A stretch of 59,031 bases of DNA, counting the filler. It is 4 parts of 4 records of this genome, joined end to end, with 100 filler letters (N's around TTAATTAATTAA, not from the genome) between each part and the next. Parts side by side here need not be neighbours in the genome. Positions count along the whole stretch, not along the records: positions 49,621 to 59,031 come from SRR20825019_1131; 3 more parts are not named here. One strand, written 5' to 3'. Each line of letters opens with the position of its first letter. Position 1 is the stretch's first letter. The translations under genes and the position numbers were made by a program. Below, one piece after another: positions 58,630-59,031 of this stretch. The notes under the pieces are model-generated. The model was not told the DNA's origin, ran no database searches, and saw only the letters and a program-made list of their open reading frames with translations.

Positions 58630-59031
58630 ATGCAAGACGATAACCGGCCAACCGAAGAATCCGCAACCGAGCGCAAAACCGGCATCCGCAAGCAGGCCCT
58701 TCTTGCCAGCTTCATGACCGGCGTGCTGCTTGCCCTCGCGACTTTTCTGCTCTGGAGCAACGCGCTTCAGAATCGCGATACCATGTTGCTGTCTGCGGCC
58801 CGGATCATGTCTTCTGGCATTGCACAGCAGGTCAAACAGATCGTCGATAACAATCTGCACGTGCTCGAAACCTTTGCCGATAACTGGCAGGACGGCCCAC
58901 CTGCGGAAGAACGCGATTATCTGAGCCTCGCCACCCCGTTGCAGGCCCGTTTCCCCGCCCTTCAGGCCGTCAACTGGGTCACACCGAACTACATCATCAT
59001 GTATGTCGCCCCGATCAAGGGGAATGTCCCG
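58630..59031 (+). CDS. N-terminus of a membrane sensor with CHASE-like periplasmic domain (truncated by the window end)
   Basis: Open frame MQDDNRP..ALLASFMTGVLLALATFLLW (TM)..ALQAVNWVTPNYIIMYVAPIKGN; missing from the ORF track because there is no stop. Confidence 0.65.
   Translation, partial: MQDDNRPTEESATERKTGIRKQALLASFMTGVLLALATFLLWSNALQNRDTMLLSAARIMSSGIAQQVKQIVDNNLHVLETFADNWQDGPPAEERDYLSLATPLQARFPALQAVNWVTPNYIIMYVAPIKGNVP

Noticed and set aside
1-59031. CRISPR arrays, retrons, toxin-antitoxin or other defence systems, intact transposases or integrases
   Set aside because: No regularly spaced direct repeats and no cas, reverse transcriptase, nuclease, transposase or integrase motifs were seen

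Overview
This window is not one locus. It is four unrelated contigs joined by artificial 100-nt spacers (44 N + TTAATTAATTAA + 44 N at 7254-7353, 37454-37553, 49521-49620). (A) 1-7253 is an intron-containing eukaryotic (protist-like) contig with a K+-dependent vacuolar-type H+-pyrophosphatase, a DNAJC1-like co-chaperone, and a selenocysteine thioredoxin reductase (GC-UGA-G-stop plus a clear 3' SECIS) that the ORF track truncates. (B) 7354-37453 is a high-GC Rhizobiales-like accessory region ending in a tRNA 3' end. It holds a DEAD-box helicase, a LacI-linked twin sugar-ABC cluster, a dnaE2 remnant and a LysR-TRAP-allE module. It also holds the most interesting system here, a three-operon unit beside an XRE regulator: TRAP; pyrK-pyrD(class 1B)-M20 carbamoylase; ABC-atypical uridine phosphorylase-deoB. 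All three promoters share a TCTCA-N4-TG(A/C)GA palindrome. I infer an undescribed orotidine/orotate (6-carboxy-pyrimidine) catabolic regulon. (C) 37554-49520 is a Roseobacter-like chromosomal segment (rimO, asmA-like, kdsA, kpsE/kpsT-like, nhaA, arsR-arsP-like with twin operators, UDG, SseB, YHS). (D) 49621-59031 is a Thalassospira/Rhodospirillales-like segment (xth, FAH, P2A ATPase, glyoxylate reductase, SH3, an orphan flagellin-like protein with a non-flagellin tail, an RNA methyltransferase, a partial CHASE sensor). Taxonomic labels are impressions from sequence style and gene content, not search results.
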